A stretch of 53,185 nt of DNA, from positions 1-53,185 of IMG/VR virus record IMGVR_UViG_3300046740_000679; one strand, given 5' to 3'. Each line of letters starts with the position of its first letter. The first letter of the stretch is position 1. Under the pieces are notes generated by a model that ran no database searches, had not been told where the DNA came from, and was given only the letters and a program-made list of their open reading frames with translations. Below, in pieces: positions 23,761-33,187 of this stretch. The stretch is from a virus (Duplodnaviria; Caudoviricetes). The translations under genes and the position numbers were made by a program.

Positions 23761-23842
23761 TCGCGCCCCCGAATCGAGACCGGGGCGGGCGCGAGTGGCT
23801 GCTGACACGCCATAAGGCCCCGATCTCGAGGCGGAGGCGCGA
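23761..23842 (-). ncRNA. Long intergenic RNA stem-loop (24 bp including two G-U pairs on the minus strand)
   Basis: 23761-71 pairs with 23832-42 and 23774-86 with 23817-29; inner TGGC/GCCA hairpin. Confidence 0.5.
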
Positions 23843-23850
23843 GGTCGTCG

Positions 23851-24465
23851 CTACGTCCAGAACTCCATAGGAGGAGGCGTGGGTGAGCCTTTGTGAAAGA
23901 CCGGTTCGCCGTCGTCGCCGATATGGCCGAAGGTCTGCCAGCCGTAGAACCCCGTCCCTTGCGGGTACTGGCACCGAATGTCGCCGTCGGGCCGATCAAA
24001 CGAGAGCCCGAAGATCTTGCGAGCGAGCACGTTGAACTCGGCGAGCTCGGCGTCCGACGATGCGCGCAGGTGCCGGAAGTAGAACTTTTGGTGGTCGCCG
24101 ATGTACGCCTTGTAACCGGTCTTATCGGTGCCCGAGAACTGGCTGCCCGGCGTCTTTAGAAGGCGGATCGCCTCCGGCACGCTCAGGCTGCCGCAGTACG
24201 AGCAGCCGCCGTCGGAATGCCATCCGAGCGCACCAAGACCCGGGTACATCGGCTCGCCGGCGTGAACGCGAGGATCGACCTCACCGGTGACCTTGATGCG
24301 CAGCTTTGAGTAGCCGACCCCGGCTTCGCAGCACGACTTCGGGACCTGCCCGTCGACCAGGCTGAAGCGCTCGGGCTTGGGAGGAGACGAGCCGTCGGGA
24401 TTCCTCACATACGAGCGTTCCCATTCGCAGCCACACGTCTTGCACACGAATACGAGGTCCTTCAT
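23851..24465 (-). CDS. Hypothetical zinc-binding protein
   Basis: CKTCG; CSYCGSL...GTDKTGYKAY...KFYFRHL. Confidence 0.6.
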   Translation of the reverse strand: MKDLVFVCKTCGCEWERSYVRNPDGSSPPKPERFSLVDGQVPKSCCEAGVGYSKLRIKVTGEVDPRVHAGEPMYPGLGALGWHSDGGCSYCGSLSVPEAIRLLKTPGSQFSGTDKTGYKAYIGDHQKFYFRHLRASSDAELAEFNVLARKIFGLSFDRPDGDIRCQYPQGTGFYGWQTFGHIGDDGEPVFHKGSPTPPPMEFWT

Positions 24466-24469
24466 GAAT

Positions 24470-25150
24470 TCATGACTGCTCCTCCGGGTCGCGCGAACTC
24501 GGCGGCGGCCCCACGAAGACGGGAGCGTCGTCGCCCCCATCGGTGACATCGATCGGCGCGGCCGGCTGCGCGGCGTGGATGCTCGCGACGTAGCCGGTCC
24601 ACGTGTCACCCATCGCGGCGCACGATCGCGCGATCGCCTCGGTGAGCTGGTGCACCCGGATCTCGCCGGTCCGGTGCGGATCGAAGCTGAGGTTGCCGGC
24701 GTACCAGCCGATCACGTCCTCACGCTTGAACGTGTACGGCGAGTCGGTGCGCCCGTCCTGCGAGCAAAGGAGCGCATCGGGGTTGCCGGCGAGATCGAGC
24801 AGCGCCGGAAGATACGTGCAGACGTAGGCCGCCGCGGCGTTGACGAGCTTGCCCTTGTGCGGCGCGAAGTAGCGTTCCCAATAGGGGAGCTGCATCTCGG
24901 CCGAGAGCGCGGCGAAGCCTTCGAGGTTCGCCGCGATCCATCGGACCCCCGGGGCAGCGACGGCGGTGAGCTGCCAAAGCCCGGCCGCGACGACGACGAT
25001 GACGCCGTCCTTTCGCTTGTATCGATTCCTCGCAGCCGGGTCGCAGCGACTCTCGTTCGCCGCGACGGAGAGAAGATCGACGGGATCGACGTCGATGCGT
25101 CCGCACATCGCGACGTAGGGGCGGAAGAAGGGCGTCGGCAGCATGGTCAC
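24470..25150 (-). CDS. Endolysin, lytic transglycosylase/lysozyme-like fold
   Basis: LLSVAANESRCDPAARN...AAGLWQL...SAEMQLPYWERYF...YAGNLSFD. Confidence 0.8.
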   Translation of the reverse strand: MTMLPTPFFRPYVAMCGRIDVDPVDLLSVAANESRCDPAARNRYKRKDGVIVVVAAGLWQLTAVAAPGVRWIAANLEGFAALSAEMQLPYWERYFAPHKGKLVNAAAAYVCTYLPALLDLAGNPDALLCSQDGRTDSPYTFKREDVIGWYAGNLSFDPHRTGEIRVHQLTEAIARSCAAMGDTWTGYVASIHAAQPAAPIDVTDGGDDAPVFVGPPPSSRDPEEQS

Positions 25151-25605
25151 GATCCCTTCGGGGCATTGCGCGTGCGCCAGTCGACGGCGTCACGAATGGA
25201 GACGAGGCGCCGGTCGCCGCAGAGAATGCATCCTGCGCAGGCCGGGCAACGTGCCATCGTGTCGGCGACTGGCCCTTCATGGGCCTCGTGCGCGCGCGCG
25301 ATGTCGTCGTCAGAGAGCACCGGATCGCTCGGAAGCCGAACGGCGACTCGCTCGACGCGCTCGCGGCCGAGGAGATAGTCGTTGACGCGTTCGTTGAGCT
25401 CGGCGGACGCGTTTGCGATCTCGAGGAGCTCGTCCCCCTCGGGCACGTCGCGCTCGGCGTCCTCGAGAACGAGAAGCAGATTGCGAACATCGTGAACGAG
25501 CTTCGCCCCCGTCGCATCCGACGTCGCGCGCGTGCCCAGCTTCACCTCGGCATGTCGCATCGTCACGAGCATCGAGGCGACCGTCTTGTGCTTCGGCACG
25601 GTCAC
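25147..25605 (-). CDS. Hypothetical protein with a C-terminal CPAC.GC..C
   Basis: GTGA coupling. Confidence 0.55.
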   Translation of the reverse strand: MTVPKHKTVASMLVTMRHAEVKLGTRATSDATGAKLVHDVRNLLLVLEDAERDVPEGDELLEIANASAELNERVNDYLLGRERVERVAVRLPSDPVLSDDDIARAHEAHEGPVADTMARCPACAGCILCGDRRLVSIRDAVDWRTRNAPKGS

Positions 25606-25769
25606 TCCATCGGGGGCGGGGGCGAGCTCGAGAGGATGGCGCGTTGCACTTCCTCGGCGGCCCACTCTTCGAACGCGTCGTCGCTGCGCGTCGCTTCCTG
25701 CGCGCGCTCGAGCACGGCGCGATCGATCACGAGGGTTTCGGTGCTGTCGTAGCGGCGAGGCGCGCTCAC
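25602..25769 (-). CDS. Small hypothetical protein (55 aa)
   Basis: GTGA coupling. Confidence 0.5.
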   Translation of the reverse strand: MSAPRRYDSTETLVIDRAVLERAQEATRSDDAFEEWAAEEVQRAILSSSPPPPME

Positions 25770-25936
25770 GGTGCGGCCTCGCGCGCGCCGGCGTCGGCGA
25801 TCGGGCCGCCCACGCTGAGCGGCGGGCATTCGGTCGACCCATAGCCCGGCTCCCACTCTTCGGGGTGAGGCACCGGTAGCGGCGTCACGTGGCAGGCGAC
25901 GAGCGCGAGCAGCACGAAGGCGACGCGGGCCCTCAC
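25766..25936 (-). CDS. Small lipoprotein (possible o-spanin-like)
   Basis: MRARVAFVLLALVAC lipobox; Pro-rich. Confidence 0.55.
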   Translation of the reverse strand: MRARVAFVLLALVACHVTPLPVPHPEEWEPGYGSTECPPLSVGGPIADAGAREAAP

Positions 25937-26286
25937 GGCGAGCTCCTTGGCCCGCGGCAGCCGTTCTTCCAAGCGGGCGCGCACGCGCGGATCCCCTCGG
26001 GACTCTTCTGCGTAGCCACGCACGACGGCGCATAATTGGCGAGCCGCGCGGCCTGCGCGGTCCGCATCGTGTCGGCGCAGTTCGGCGCGTCGCCTTCGGG
26101 GCAACCGACAGCCCGGAGATTGAGGCAGGCGATCGCAAACGCATCGTCGGGGGCCGCGTCGAGCCAATAAGGCGATGCGTCGGTTGGCCAAAGCGAGGCA
26201 TCGCTCGCATCGATCGGTGTGATCGGCGCGGGCGCTGGGGTGCAGGCGATGAAGAGGACGAACAGCAGAGCGAGGAGGAACTTCAC
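25933..26286 (-). CDS. Cys-rich lipoprotein in the lysis block
   Basis: MKFLLALLFVLFIAC lipobox; DAS repeats; six further Cys. Confidence 0.75.
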   Translation of the reverse strand: MKFLLALLFVLFIACTPAPAPITPIDASDASLWPTDASPYWLDAAPDDAFAIACLNLRAVGCPEGDAPNCADTMRTAQAARLANYAPSCVATQKSPEGIRACAPAWKNGCRGPRSSP

Positions 26287-27065
26287 AGCGTCACCTCACG
26301 AACGACGGGCGCCCACTTCAGGGCCGTTGCATCCCAGATCCCGCCCGTGGCGACGAAGCTCGTGTCGATCCACGCGTAGCCCGAGTCGGCGAATCCGTCG
26401 CCCCACGAACCGGTCACCTTGAACTGACCGGGCCGGTAGCCCGAGATGCGCTGCGCGTGCCCGCCTCGCATCTTCCCCGTCGGCCCGGTGTAAACCTGTC
26501 CCGGACGGAGGTTGATGTACCCGTCGTCGACGTCCATCCCAAAAGGGACGTGAATGTCGCCGGCAACGCATTGTTTGATCGCAAGCACGAGGTCGTTGCC
26601 CGCCTGGGTAAGCCAGGAGAAACCGGTGACCTTCGCAATCGCGCAGCGCTCCATCTCGAGCAGCCCGAGGCGATCGTTCAGATGCGGCGCCTCGTCAGTG
26701 TATGGGTAGTCGGCTTCGGCCATCACGCCGAAGTCGGCGAGCGCCTCGACGCCGATCGCCGGATCGGTCCCCGAGTCCGTGAGCTCGACGTCGGGGTCGG
26801 CCACCATGAGCGAGCGCGCGAGCGCGTAGGCCGCAAGGGCGCTGATGGGGACGATGACGTCACCCTCACGCGCGTGTGCGCGCTGGAAGGCTTCGGCGGC
26901 CTTGCCATAGCCGAAGGACCAGCATGAGCCCGCGATTCCCTGGTCGTAGATCGTGTCGGGGAGCTCGTAGGTGTCGGGGATTGCCGTCACCGCTCCGAGC
27001 GCTAGGTGGTGCACGGACCCGCGCGGGACACGCGTCGCGCGCGAGTGGAGATACTTTCGATTCAT
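26283..27065 (-). CDS. Papain-like (C1) cysteine peptidase
   Basis: DQGIAGSCWSF (Gln, Cys), GGHA (His), GSWG in place of NSWG, GYAWI. Confidence 0.85.
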   Translation of the reverse strand: MNRKYLHSRATRVPRGSVHHLALGAVTAIPDTYELPDTIYDQGIAGSCWSFGYGKAAEAFQRAHAREGDVIVPISALAAYALARSLMVADPDVELTDSGTDPAIGVEALADFGVMAEADYPYTDEAPHLNDRLGLLEMERCAIAKVTGFSWLTQAGNDLVLAIKQCVAGDIHVPFGMDVDDGYINLRPGQVYTGPTGKMRGGHAQRISGYRPGQFKVTGSWGDGFADSGYAWIDTSFVATGGIWDATALKWAPVVREVTL

Positions 27066-27709
27066 CGGCCGCCGTCCACGTTCAACGGGACCACGCCGGC
27101 GCGCTGAAGGCCCTCGACGACGCCCGCACGGTGGGCGGCTGCGAGGCGTGCACGCTCTGGCTCCGCGACCGCGTCGACAATCTTGATGATGTCGGAGACG
27201 TCGCCTTCGATGCCGCAGATCGTCGCGATCGTCTGACTTGGGAACGCCGCATTCGCGATGATGCAGAGCTTATCGGCGTCGCTCACGGCGCTTTTGACAC
27301 CGTTCGGAAAGAGCAGCTTGCATCCGCCGACGAGCGGCAACGACGCGCTGCCCAGCACGCCAAGCACGCTGACGATTAGGAGCGCGCGTACGCGGACGAA
27401 GCCACGCCTATCGCTGACGTCGCTGACCTTGGGAACAGGCGTTCCGTCGTCGGGCACGTGCGGCGCACCGTGCGCGAGGAAAGCCGTGATCACACTCGCC
27501 GTCGCCGTGCCGAGCGCGGTCAGCCACGGCACGCCGCTCACGATCGCCATCAGGCAGGTTTGCGTCGCACCCAAGGCGAGCGCGACACTCGCGCGCATGC
27601 CCGTCGATAGCGTGAACGGCAGCGACGTATTGTCGGGTCGAAGCGATGAGACGACGGCGCCGATGACGACGGCCGCGAACGTGAACCAAACAGCCACTTT
27701 CGGATCCAT
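27062..27709 (-). CDS. Holin-like membrane protein with an internal lipobox segment
   Basis: Three N-terminal hydrophobic helices, then RRGF, a hydrophobic stretch and LVGGC. Confidence 0.55.
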   Translation of the reverse strand: MDPKVAVWFTFAAVVIGAVVSSLRPDNTSLPFTLSTGMRASVALALGATQTCLMAIVSGVPWLTALGTATASVITAFLAHGAPHVPDDGTPVPKVSDVSDRRGFVRVRALLIVSVLGVLGSASLPLVGGCKLLFPNGVKSAVSDADKLCIIANAAFPSQTIATICGIEGDVSDIIKIVDAVAEPERARLAAAHRAGVVEGLQRAGVVPLNVDGGR

Positions 27710-27769
27710 GGACGTATCCCTTCACCGCGTGCGAGACGCGGCGCAGTCGCGCGAACGAGCGCGCGTGTT

Positions 27770-28096
27770 TCAGTGATGCGATCGATAAATCTCGAGCGTG
27801 AGGACGATGATCGTAATGACGATGGACACGAAGCGTTTGTATTCGCGCCACCGCTTGTCGCTGGCGCGCTTCTCCGCTTCCTTCACGACCCGTTTTTCGC
27901 GTTCGGACTCGGACCGCTTCGCGATGGCGAGTTGCTCCTCGTTCATCGGAATGAGACTGTCGAACCGATCCTTCACGGCCTTTTCGACCGCCTTCACGAC
28001 GGCTTGATCGACGGCCTCCTCCACGATCTCGACGAGCGAGGCGTGCTTCGGGCGATGCGGTGAGCCGCTCGGCGGCGGTAGATCGCTATCGTTCAT
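27770..28096 (-). CDS. Coiled-coil protein with a C-terminal TM helix (lysis-associated)
   Basis: FVSIVITIIVLTLEIY. Confidence 0.6.
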   Translation of the reverse strand: MNDSDLPPPSGSPHRPKHASLVEIVEEAVDQAVVKAVEKAVKDRFDSLIPMNEEQLAIAKRSESEREKRVVKEAEKRASDKRWREYKRFVSIVITIIVLTLEIYRSHH

Positions 28097-28278
28097 GGGT
28101 CGACCGGTGCCCCCTCGGCCTCGCGAATGACGGTTGCGACGTCTTCCTCGGTGAGGTGGTCGACCGCTTTGAGCCATTCGATCGCCGCATCGCGTCCGCG
28201 ATGAGCGACGAGATCCCGAAACAGGCTGACGTACTGGGGTATGTGGCTCACGAGCCGCGAGCTATCGGTTCTGTTCAT
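28093..28278 (-). CDS. Small hypothetical protein
   Basis: 61 aa; RBS and ATGA coupling. Confidence 0.5.
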   Translation of the reverse strand: MNRTDSSRLVSHIPQYVSLFRDLVAHRGRDAAIEWLKAVDHLTEEDVATVIREAEGAPVDP

Positions 28279-28309
28279 GGTCCTGCCCCTGCCTCGCTCT
28301 CACGGAATG

Positions 28310-31300
28310 TTAGATCCCGTACTTCGTGTGGATATAGGCATTCACGACGGCGCGATCGCCCGTCGACAGCTTCGAGGGCCACGCGAAGAGGAATGCGATC
28401 ATCCCGATGTAATCGGAGATGACGCCTTTGCCGACGCGATGCGTGCCGTAACCGACCGTGTTGCTGGCCTGCGTATAGATCTGTGTGCCGTTGAACGAGG
28501 CCGTCCACTCCGAGGCCGTCGCGATCGAGTTGTAGCTCCAAGGCAGAGCCCATTTGCCGGACGCCGGTGCAAAACCCGTCGTCTGTCGCGTCGTTGAACC
28601 GCTGCCGTCGTACAGCTGACGATTCGATGCGAGCGGGAACAAGTTCGCCTGCGTGTCGTCGGTGAAGCAGAACGGCGATACTTGCGTGGTGTCGTCCGCG
28701 TTTTGGCAGACGGCGAACAGGTCGAGGCCCGTCAGCGTGGGGAACGATGCGAAGGTGAGGGTGTCGCCGCCACCGACGAATCGCACGGACTTCTGGCCAT
28801 TGATGCCTGAGCTAACAAGCGCAGGTAGGAAGCTTGGAGGGCTGAGCGTGCGTCCATTGCCGCTCTGGTCGGCCCACGCCGTGATGTTCGACCCCGATAG
28901 CGTCATACCGACGTCGCCGCTGAATCCGAACGCGAAGCCCGCGGGCAGGTAAGCGAATGCGTTCGCCTTGGTACCGGTGCCGCCCGGAGTCGTGACGGAG
29001 AGCGTGTTGTTTGCGCTGGCTGCCACCGCAGCCGTGGTGCCCGTGATCGTCGTCGAGTTGACGACGGTGAACGATGTGACGTTGACGCCGCCAATCGATA
29101 CGACCGTGGCGCCCGTGAGATTGGTGCCGGTAAGCGTGAACGACGTGCCGCCAGATGCTGTTCCGAAGTCGGGTAGTATCGACGTGACAGTGGGAACCGA
29201 CGTTGCTCCAGAAACGGTGGATGTGCACGTTCCGACGATGTGACCATTCAGATCGGTCACGGTGATCGTGTCGACCCCGTTTCCGGGCCCCGCGGTGATG
29301 ATTCCAGAACTGGAGACGCTGCCGCCACTGTTGTTCGTCGTGACTGCGTATGTGTAATCGCCGGCGCCCATTACCGTGAGCTGCTGCGTGGTGTTGATCG
29401 TGAGCGAGACGGTGGTGGGGGTGACCGTGCCCGGCATTGCCTGAGGCGTCACGATCATCCACTCCGACAACTGCAAGGCGGCGACATTGAGCACGATGCC
29501 CGTGGTCGTCCGCGCTGCTACGAGGCACATGTTGCCCGGTGTCGCCTCGTAAAGTCCGCCGTAGTAGAAACCGCCGAAAACCGGCTCGAATTCGAGAATC
29601 GACGAGCTCCACGCCGTGTTCCACGCGGAACCCGGATCCTGATAGAAGATCCCACCCTTCACGGATGATCCGATGCGACGGATCAGAACAACGCGACGCC
29701 CAGATGCGAGTTTTCGCACCTGTTGGCCCGAGGAGTGTCCCGGCAGATTGACGGTCACCGGTGCGGCCCAAGTCACGCCGTGATCGGTCGAGTGCGACGC
29801 GAGCATCGGAAGTGAACCGGACGTGTCGTCACGAATGAGCGTGCGTAGCTCGGAGCCCTCGAAGTCAAAACCGGGCTCGACGTACTTTTTCGAGTCGGTC
29901 ATCCCGTTCGCGATGCGATTGCGTGTCCACGTCGCGCCCGCGTTCGTGGTGATGTAATCCCATACCGAATAGAAGGTGTCGCTCGACCCCTCTTTCGTCC
30001 ACACCGCCATATGCAAGGTGCCTGGCGTCGTGGGGTCCTCAACCGGCGCGCATTGCGTCGCAGACCACGTCGGCGTGCCTGTCGTGATCGCGTTCCAGGT
30101 CCCGGGCCAGATGGGGGATCCGTCAACGTTGAACGTCGTCGCTCTGCGCCACACGACGTTCACGAACGCCAGCGAGACGTCGTAGGTCATCGTGACCTGA
30201 ATCAAGCTGCCATCGGCGAGCGGCTCGCTCGTCTTGAGGTCGCTGTAGAGCGTCGTCGCGCTCGTATTGATGACGGTTGGACCCGACCACGTCAGCCCTC
30301 CATCCGAGGACAAGAACGCGTCGCTATGGTCGCTATGCTGCGGCCCGATCGACTCCGATGTATTGGTTACGGTCGCATAGAGCTTTCCGCCCGGAAGCTT
30401 TGAGACCCAGGGGAACCCTGCCGACTGAGTGGGGTCGGCATAGAGCGGGTCGCCTTCGAGGAGAACGCTGGGCTTCGTCCCGAAGCGTGCGGACAGCCTC
30501 GTATTGAGCGCCGCGACGTCGGAGTCGGAGAGATAGCTGTCGTAAAGTTCGACCGCCTTGTAGTCGCCGGCGGCGCCACCAATCTGAAGTTTGCCCGTGG
30601 TACCGGCCGCATACGAACGCGCGGGTGAGATGGTCCAGCCGCCGACCTTGGCCGACTGGCCGTCGACCATTACGTCGCAATGCGTATCCGAAAGACGAAC
30701 GACGATCGTCTGATTCTTGAACGGGATAAAGACCCCGCTCATGATCGCGCCCGCGATGCTGAGCGAGTCGAACACCCACGAAGAGCCGTCCCATTGGCGA
30801 ACGCTGATCGATCGGCCGTAGAAGATATTGTTCCCCTCGTCGCCGATCTGGACCTGGATGCCGGCCTTCGTGCCGCCCTCGGTGGTGTCGAGCAACGTGA
30901 CGAGCGTGCTGGTCGTGATCGACCGATAGCGCCAGACGAACGCCATCGTGCACGGGCCGCTATTCAGGAACGCGGCGGCTCCGCCCGGCGTGAGTAGCTT
31001 GTTCGCGGTCGTCGTACGAATGACGTTGCCGCCATCGACCGAATCGGTGACCACGCGCGGCGTTCCCGCAATGCTGGTGGCCACACTCCATACCGTGATG
31101 AGCTCGCCCGTCGCGGTGATCGATGCGGGCACATCCCCGTAGAAGCTAAGTGCCGGCGTGGGTCCGCCGCCGCCCGAAGGAGTGACTGCGATGACGAGAG
31201 GCAAAAGCGCGACGCGGAAGTTGAGTGTGCGGCCGCCGACCGATCCTGAGCCCCGCGCAATCAGATCGTTTCCGCTCACTGCGAGCGACGCGGATGCGCC

Positions 31301-31912
31301 CGTGAGCGTGCCCGCGGCGGTTCCACCGGCGTCGCCCACGTCCGTGACCGGAGCTCCGCCGCCCGTGCGTGCGAGCGTGATCGTGCGCGTCTGACGCCAC
31401 GTCTTCGTGGGCTGCGCCGGATCGCCCGCGACGAACGACGCCGAGACATCGATCACCGAGTCGTCGGGGACGGGATAGGTAAGAAGCGTGGAGGTCTGCG
31501 CGCCCGTGGTCGTGCCGGTGCCCGTAAGCGTGTCGCTCGATCCCCCGCCGGCGCCCGGAGCGGCTGCGACGATGACGAGCGCGCCCGAGGCGACGGTGTC
31601 TCCAGGTTGAGCGCTGCCCGTCGGGATCGACTTCAGCGAGAGCTGCACCTGCGTGCTGCTGAGGATGTTGTAGACGATATAGAAGCCGCCGCCGTTGACG
31701 GCATAAGGCAAGAGCGCCGCCATCGTCGCGGTGCTGACAACATGGACGGTGATCAGCGCGTCGATCGCGGGCTGCACGAAGCTCGCGGTTGTCGACGTAT
31801 ACGCGGTGAGCCCGGGGCCACCGGGATCGCCGGTGTCGCCCTTCGGGCCCGTGGGACCCGGCGGCCCTTGAACCTGCTCGGTGACGAGCACGATCGAATC
31901 AGAATCGCTCAT
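28310..31912 (-). CDS. Multi-domain tail fibre or receptor-binding protein (collagen, LamG-like, sialidase/BNR propeller, Ig/IPT-TIG, LamG-like)
   Basis: GPPGPTGPKGDTGDPG; Asp-boxes SSDGGLTW, TTNAGATW, STDHGVTW; PTVTSILPDFGTASGGT; AWADQSGNG; ATG 31912 coupled to the upstream stop. Confidence 0.8.
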   Translation of the reverse strand: MSDSDSIVLVTEQVQGPPGPTGPKGDTGDPGGPGLTAYTSTTASFVQPAIDALITVHVVSTATMAALLPYAVNGGGFYIVYNILSSTQVQLSLKSIPTGSAQPGDTVASGALVIVAAAPGAGGGSSDTLTGTGTTTGAQTSTLLTYPVPDDSVIDVSASFVAGDPAQPTKTWRQTRTITLARTGGGAPVTDVGDAGGTAAGTLTGASASLAVSGNDLIARGSGSVGGRTLNFRVALLPLVIAVTPSGGGGPTPALSFYGDVPASITATGELITVWSVATSIAGTPRVVTDSVDGGNVIRTTTANKLLTPGGAAAFLNSGPCTMAFVWRYRSITTSTLVTLLDTTEGGTKAGIQVQIGDEGNNIFYGRSISVRQWDGSSWVFDSLSIAGAIMSGVFIPFKNQTIVVRLSDTHCDVMVDGQSAKVGGWTISPARSYAAGTTGKLQIGGAAGDYKAVELYDSYLSDSDVAALNTRLSARFGTKPSVLLEGDPLYADPTQSAGFPWVSKLPGGKLYATVTNTSESIGPQHSDHSDAFLSSDGGLTWSGPTVINTSATTLYSDLKTSEPLADGSLIQVTMTYDVSLAFVNVVWRRATTFNVDGSPIWPGTWNAITTGTPTWSATQCAPVEDPTTPGTLHMAVWTKEGSSDTFYSVWDYITTNAGATWTRNRIANGMTDSKKYVEPGFDFEGSELRTLIRDDTSGSLPMLASHSTDHGVTWAAPVTVNLPGHSSGQQVRKLASGRRVVLIRRIGSSVKGGIFYQDPGSAWNTAWSSSILEFEPVFGGFYYGGLYEATPGNMCLVAARTTTGIVLNVAALQLSEWMIVTPQAMPGTVTPTTVSLTINTTQQLTVMGAGDYTYAVTTNNSGGSVSSSGIITAGPGNGVDTITVTDLNGHIVGTCTSTVSGATSVPTVTSILPDFGTASGGTSFTLTGTNLTGATVVSIGGVNVTSFTVVNSTTITGTTAAVAASANNTLSVTTPGGTGTKANAFAYLPAGFAFGFSGDVGMTLSGSNITAWADQSGNGRTLSPPSFLPALVSSGINGQKSVRFVGGGDTLTFASFPTLTGLDLFAVCQNADDTTQVSPFCFTDDTQANLFPLASNRQLYDGSGSTTRQTTGFAPASGKWALPWSYNSIATASEWTASFNGTQIYTQASNTVGYGTHRVGKGVISDYIGMIAFLFAWPSKLSTGDRAVVNAYIHTKYGI

Positions 31913-32322
31913 CGGGTCACCGGGAGGTCGATGGTTACGGGGCCCGCGAGGACGGGGAATGAGGTCCCATCGGGTGTGCCCGACGGGTCGAGCCAGCAGT
32001 CCCAAACGCCGGAGAAGAGGGTCCGCTGCGGTTGGGCGCGCGCGTCGCCGGTATAGAGCGCGCGGAGCGAGAGGCTTTGTGCGGCAGTGATCACGACGAG
32101 GATCGATCCGTCGCTCGCGCCGAGCGTGATGCCGTTGCCCGCAGTCAGCGAGAGGAGCGGCGACGGATCCGTCTTCTTCTGGCGGATCATCGCGCGCGCG
32201 CCGTAGCCCGCGAACGCGAACGGCTGGAGATCGCCGCCGCTGACGACGAAGCGGAGCGAGGACGCAGCTCCGGGTCGCAGAACCAAGAGGCGTTCCGCAG
32301 GTAGCTTGATGAGGGCCGGCAT
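31909..32322 (-). CDS. Fibre adaptor / BppU-like beta-sandwich protein
   Basis: GYGARAMIR...LLSLT.GNGITL...G.I.V.ITAAQS...GVWD; directly precedes the fibre. Confidence 0.6.
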   Translation of the reverse strand: MPALIKLPAERLLVLRPGAASSLRFVVSGGDLQPFAFAGYGARAMIRQKKTDPSPLLSLTAGNGITLGASDGSILVVITAAQSLSLRALYTGDARAQPQRTLFSGVWDCWLDPSGTPDGTSFPVLAGPVTIDLPVTR

Positions 32323-33167
32323 TACGGCCGGATCACGATCACGTGCAGACTCGGCACGAGGAGACTGACCGCCGAGCCGTCTCCGCTCGACCCCTGCAAC
32401 TTGACCGTATGCGTTCCGTTCTCGACGACGACGAAGGACGCGAGCGCGCCGCCGGGAATCGATCCGACGGAGGCGGTGTTATTGGCCCACCCTGCTTGGC
32501 CCAGGACGACGGTGCCGAGGGTCGGCTGCACGATCACGGTCTGCGAGTTGACGGTCTTTCCGGTGTTCGCGAAGAGCGTCGTGGAGTGCCCGACCTTCAC
32601 GACATCGCCGGTCTTCAAGCCGGTGAGCGTGACGAAGCACGCCGTCACGTCGACGAACACCGCCGAGCTCGTCGGGAAGTCGGGGGTCATCACGTCGCCG
32701 AACGCGACGATCGCGTTGCGCACGGAGGCCGCCGGGACACGCCCCGCGCTATCGCACTGGGCGATCCCGTTCGGAGCCCCGACGGTCCCGAGCCCGAAGG
32801 CGATCAGGATCCATCGGCCGGCACCGCCGCCGACGAAGGTCGGAGTGCGGACCGTCGGCGCAAGGGGCGTCGCGGTGCTCGCGGCGACGAACTGATATTT
32901 ACCGACACCATCGACGATGCACGTCTCGCCGTCGACAGCGTCGGGCGCGGCGATCGCGAGAAGCGCGCCGTCGCTTGCCACGTGCCTCTCGAAGCGCACA
33001 CCATCGGTCGATGGCGCGATGAGATCGATCCGGTTCTTGTTTTGGCGCGTGCGATTCGACAGCCCTTGGAAGGGCGTGCGCACGGACACGTAGCCGCGTG
33101 CGTCGGTCGCGTTGGGGACTGCGATCGCCGGAAAGACGGTCGCGTCGTCCGTGAGTGTATCGGGCAT
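32322..33167 (-). CDS. Tail fibre/baseplate-associated protein, paralogue B
   Basis: Collinear similarity to 33188-34039; LSNRT motif of fibre N-termini. Confidence 0.7.
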   Translation of the reverse strand: MPDTLTDDATVFPAIAVPNATDARGYVSVRTPFQGLSNRTRQNKNRIDLIAPSTDGVRFERHVASDGALLAIAAPDAVDGETCIVDGVGKYQFVAASTATPLAPTVRTPTFVGGGAGRWILIAFGLGTVGAPNGIAQCDSAGRVPAASVRNAIVAFGDVMTPDFPTSSAVFVDVTACFVTLTGLKTGDVVKVGHSTTLFANTGKTVNSQTVIVQPTLGTVVLGQAGWANNTASVGSIPGGALASFVVVENGTHTVKLQGSSGDGSAVSLLVPSLHVIVIRP

Positions 33168-33187
33168 GGGTCGATTCCCTCAGCCGG

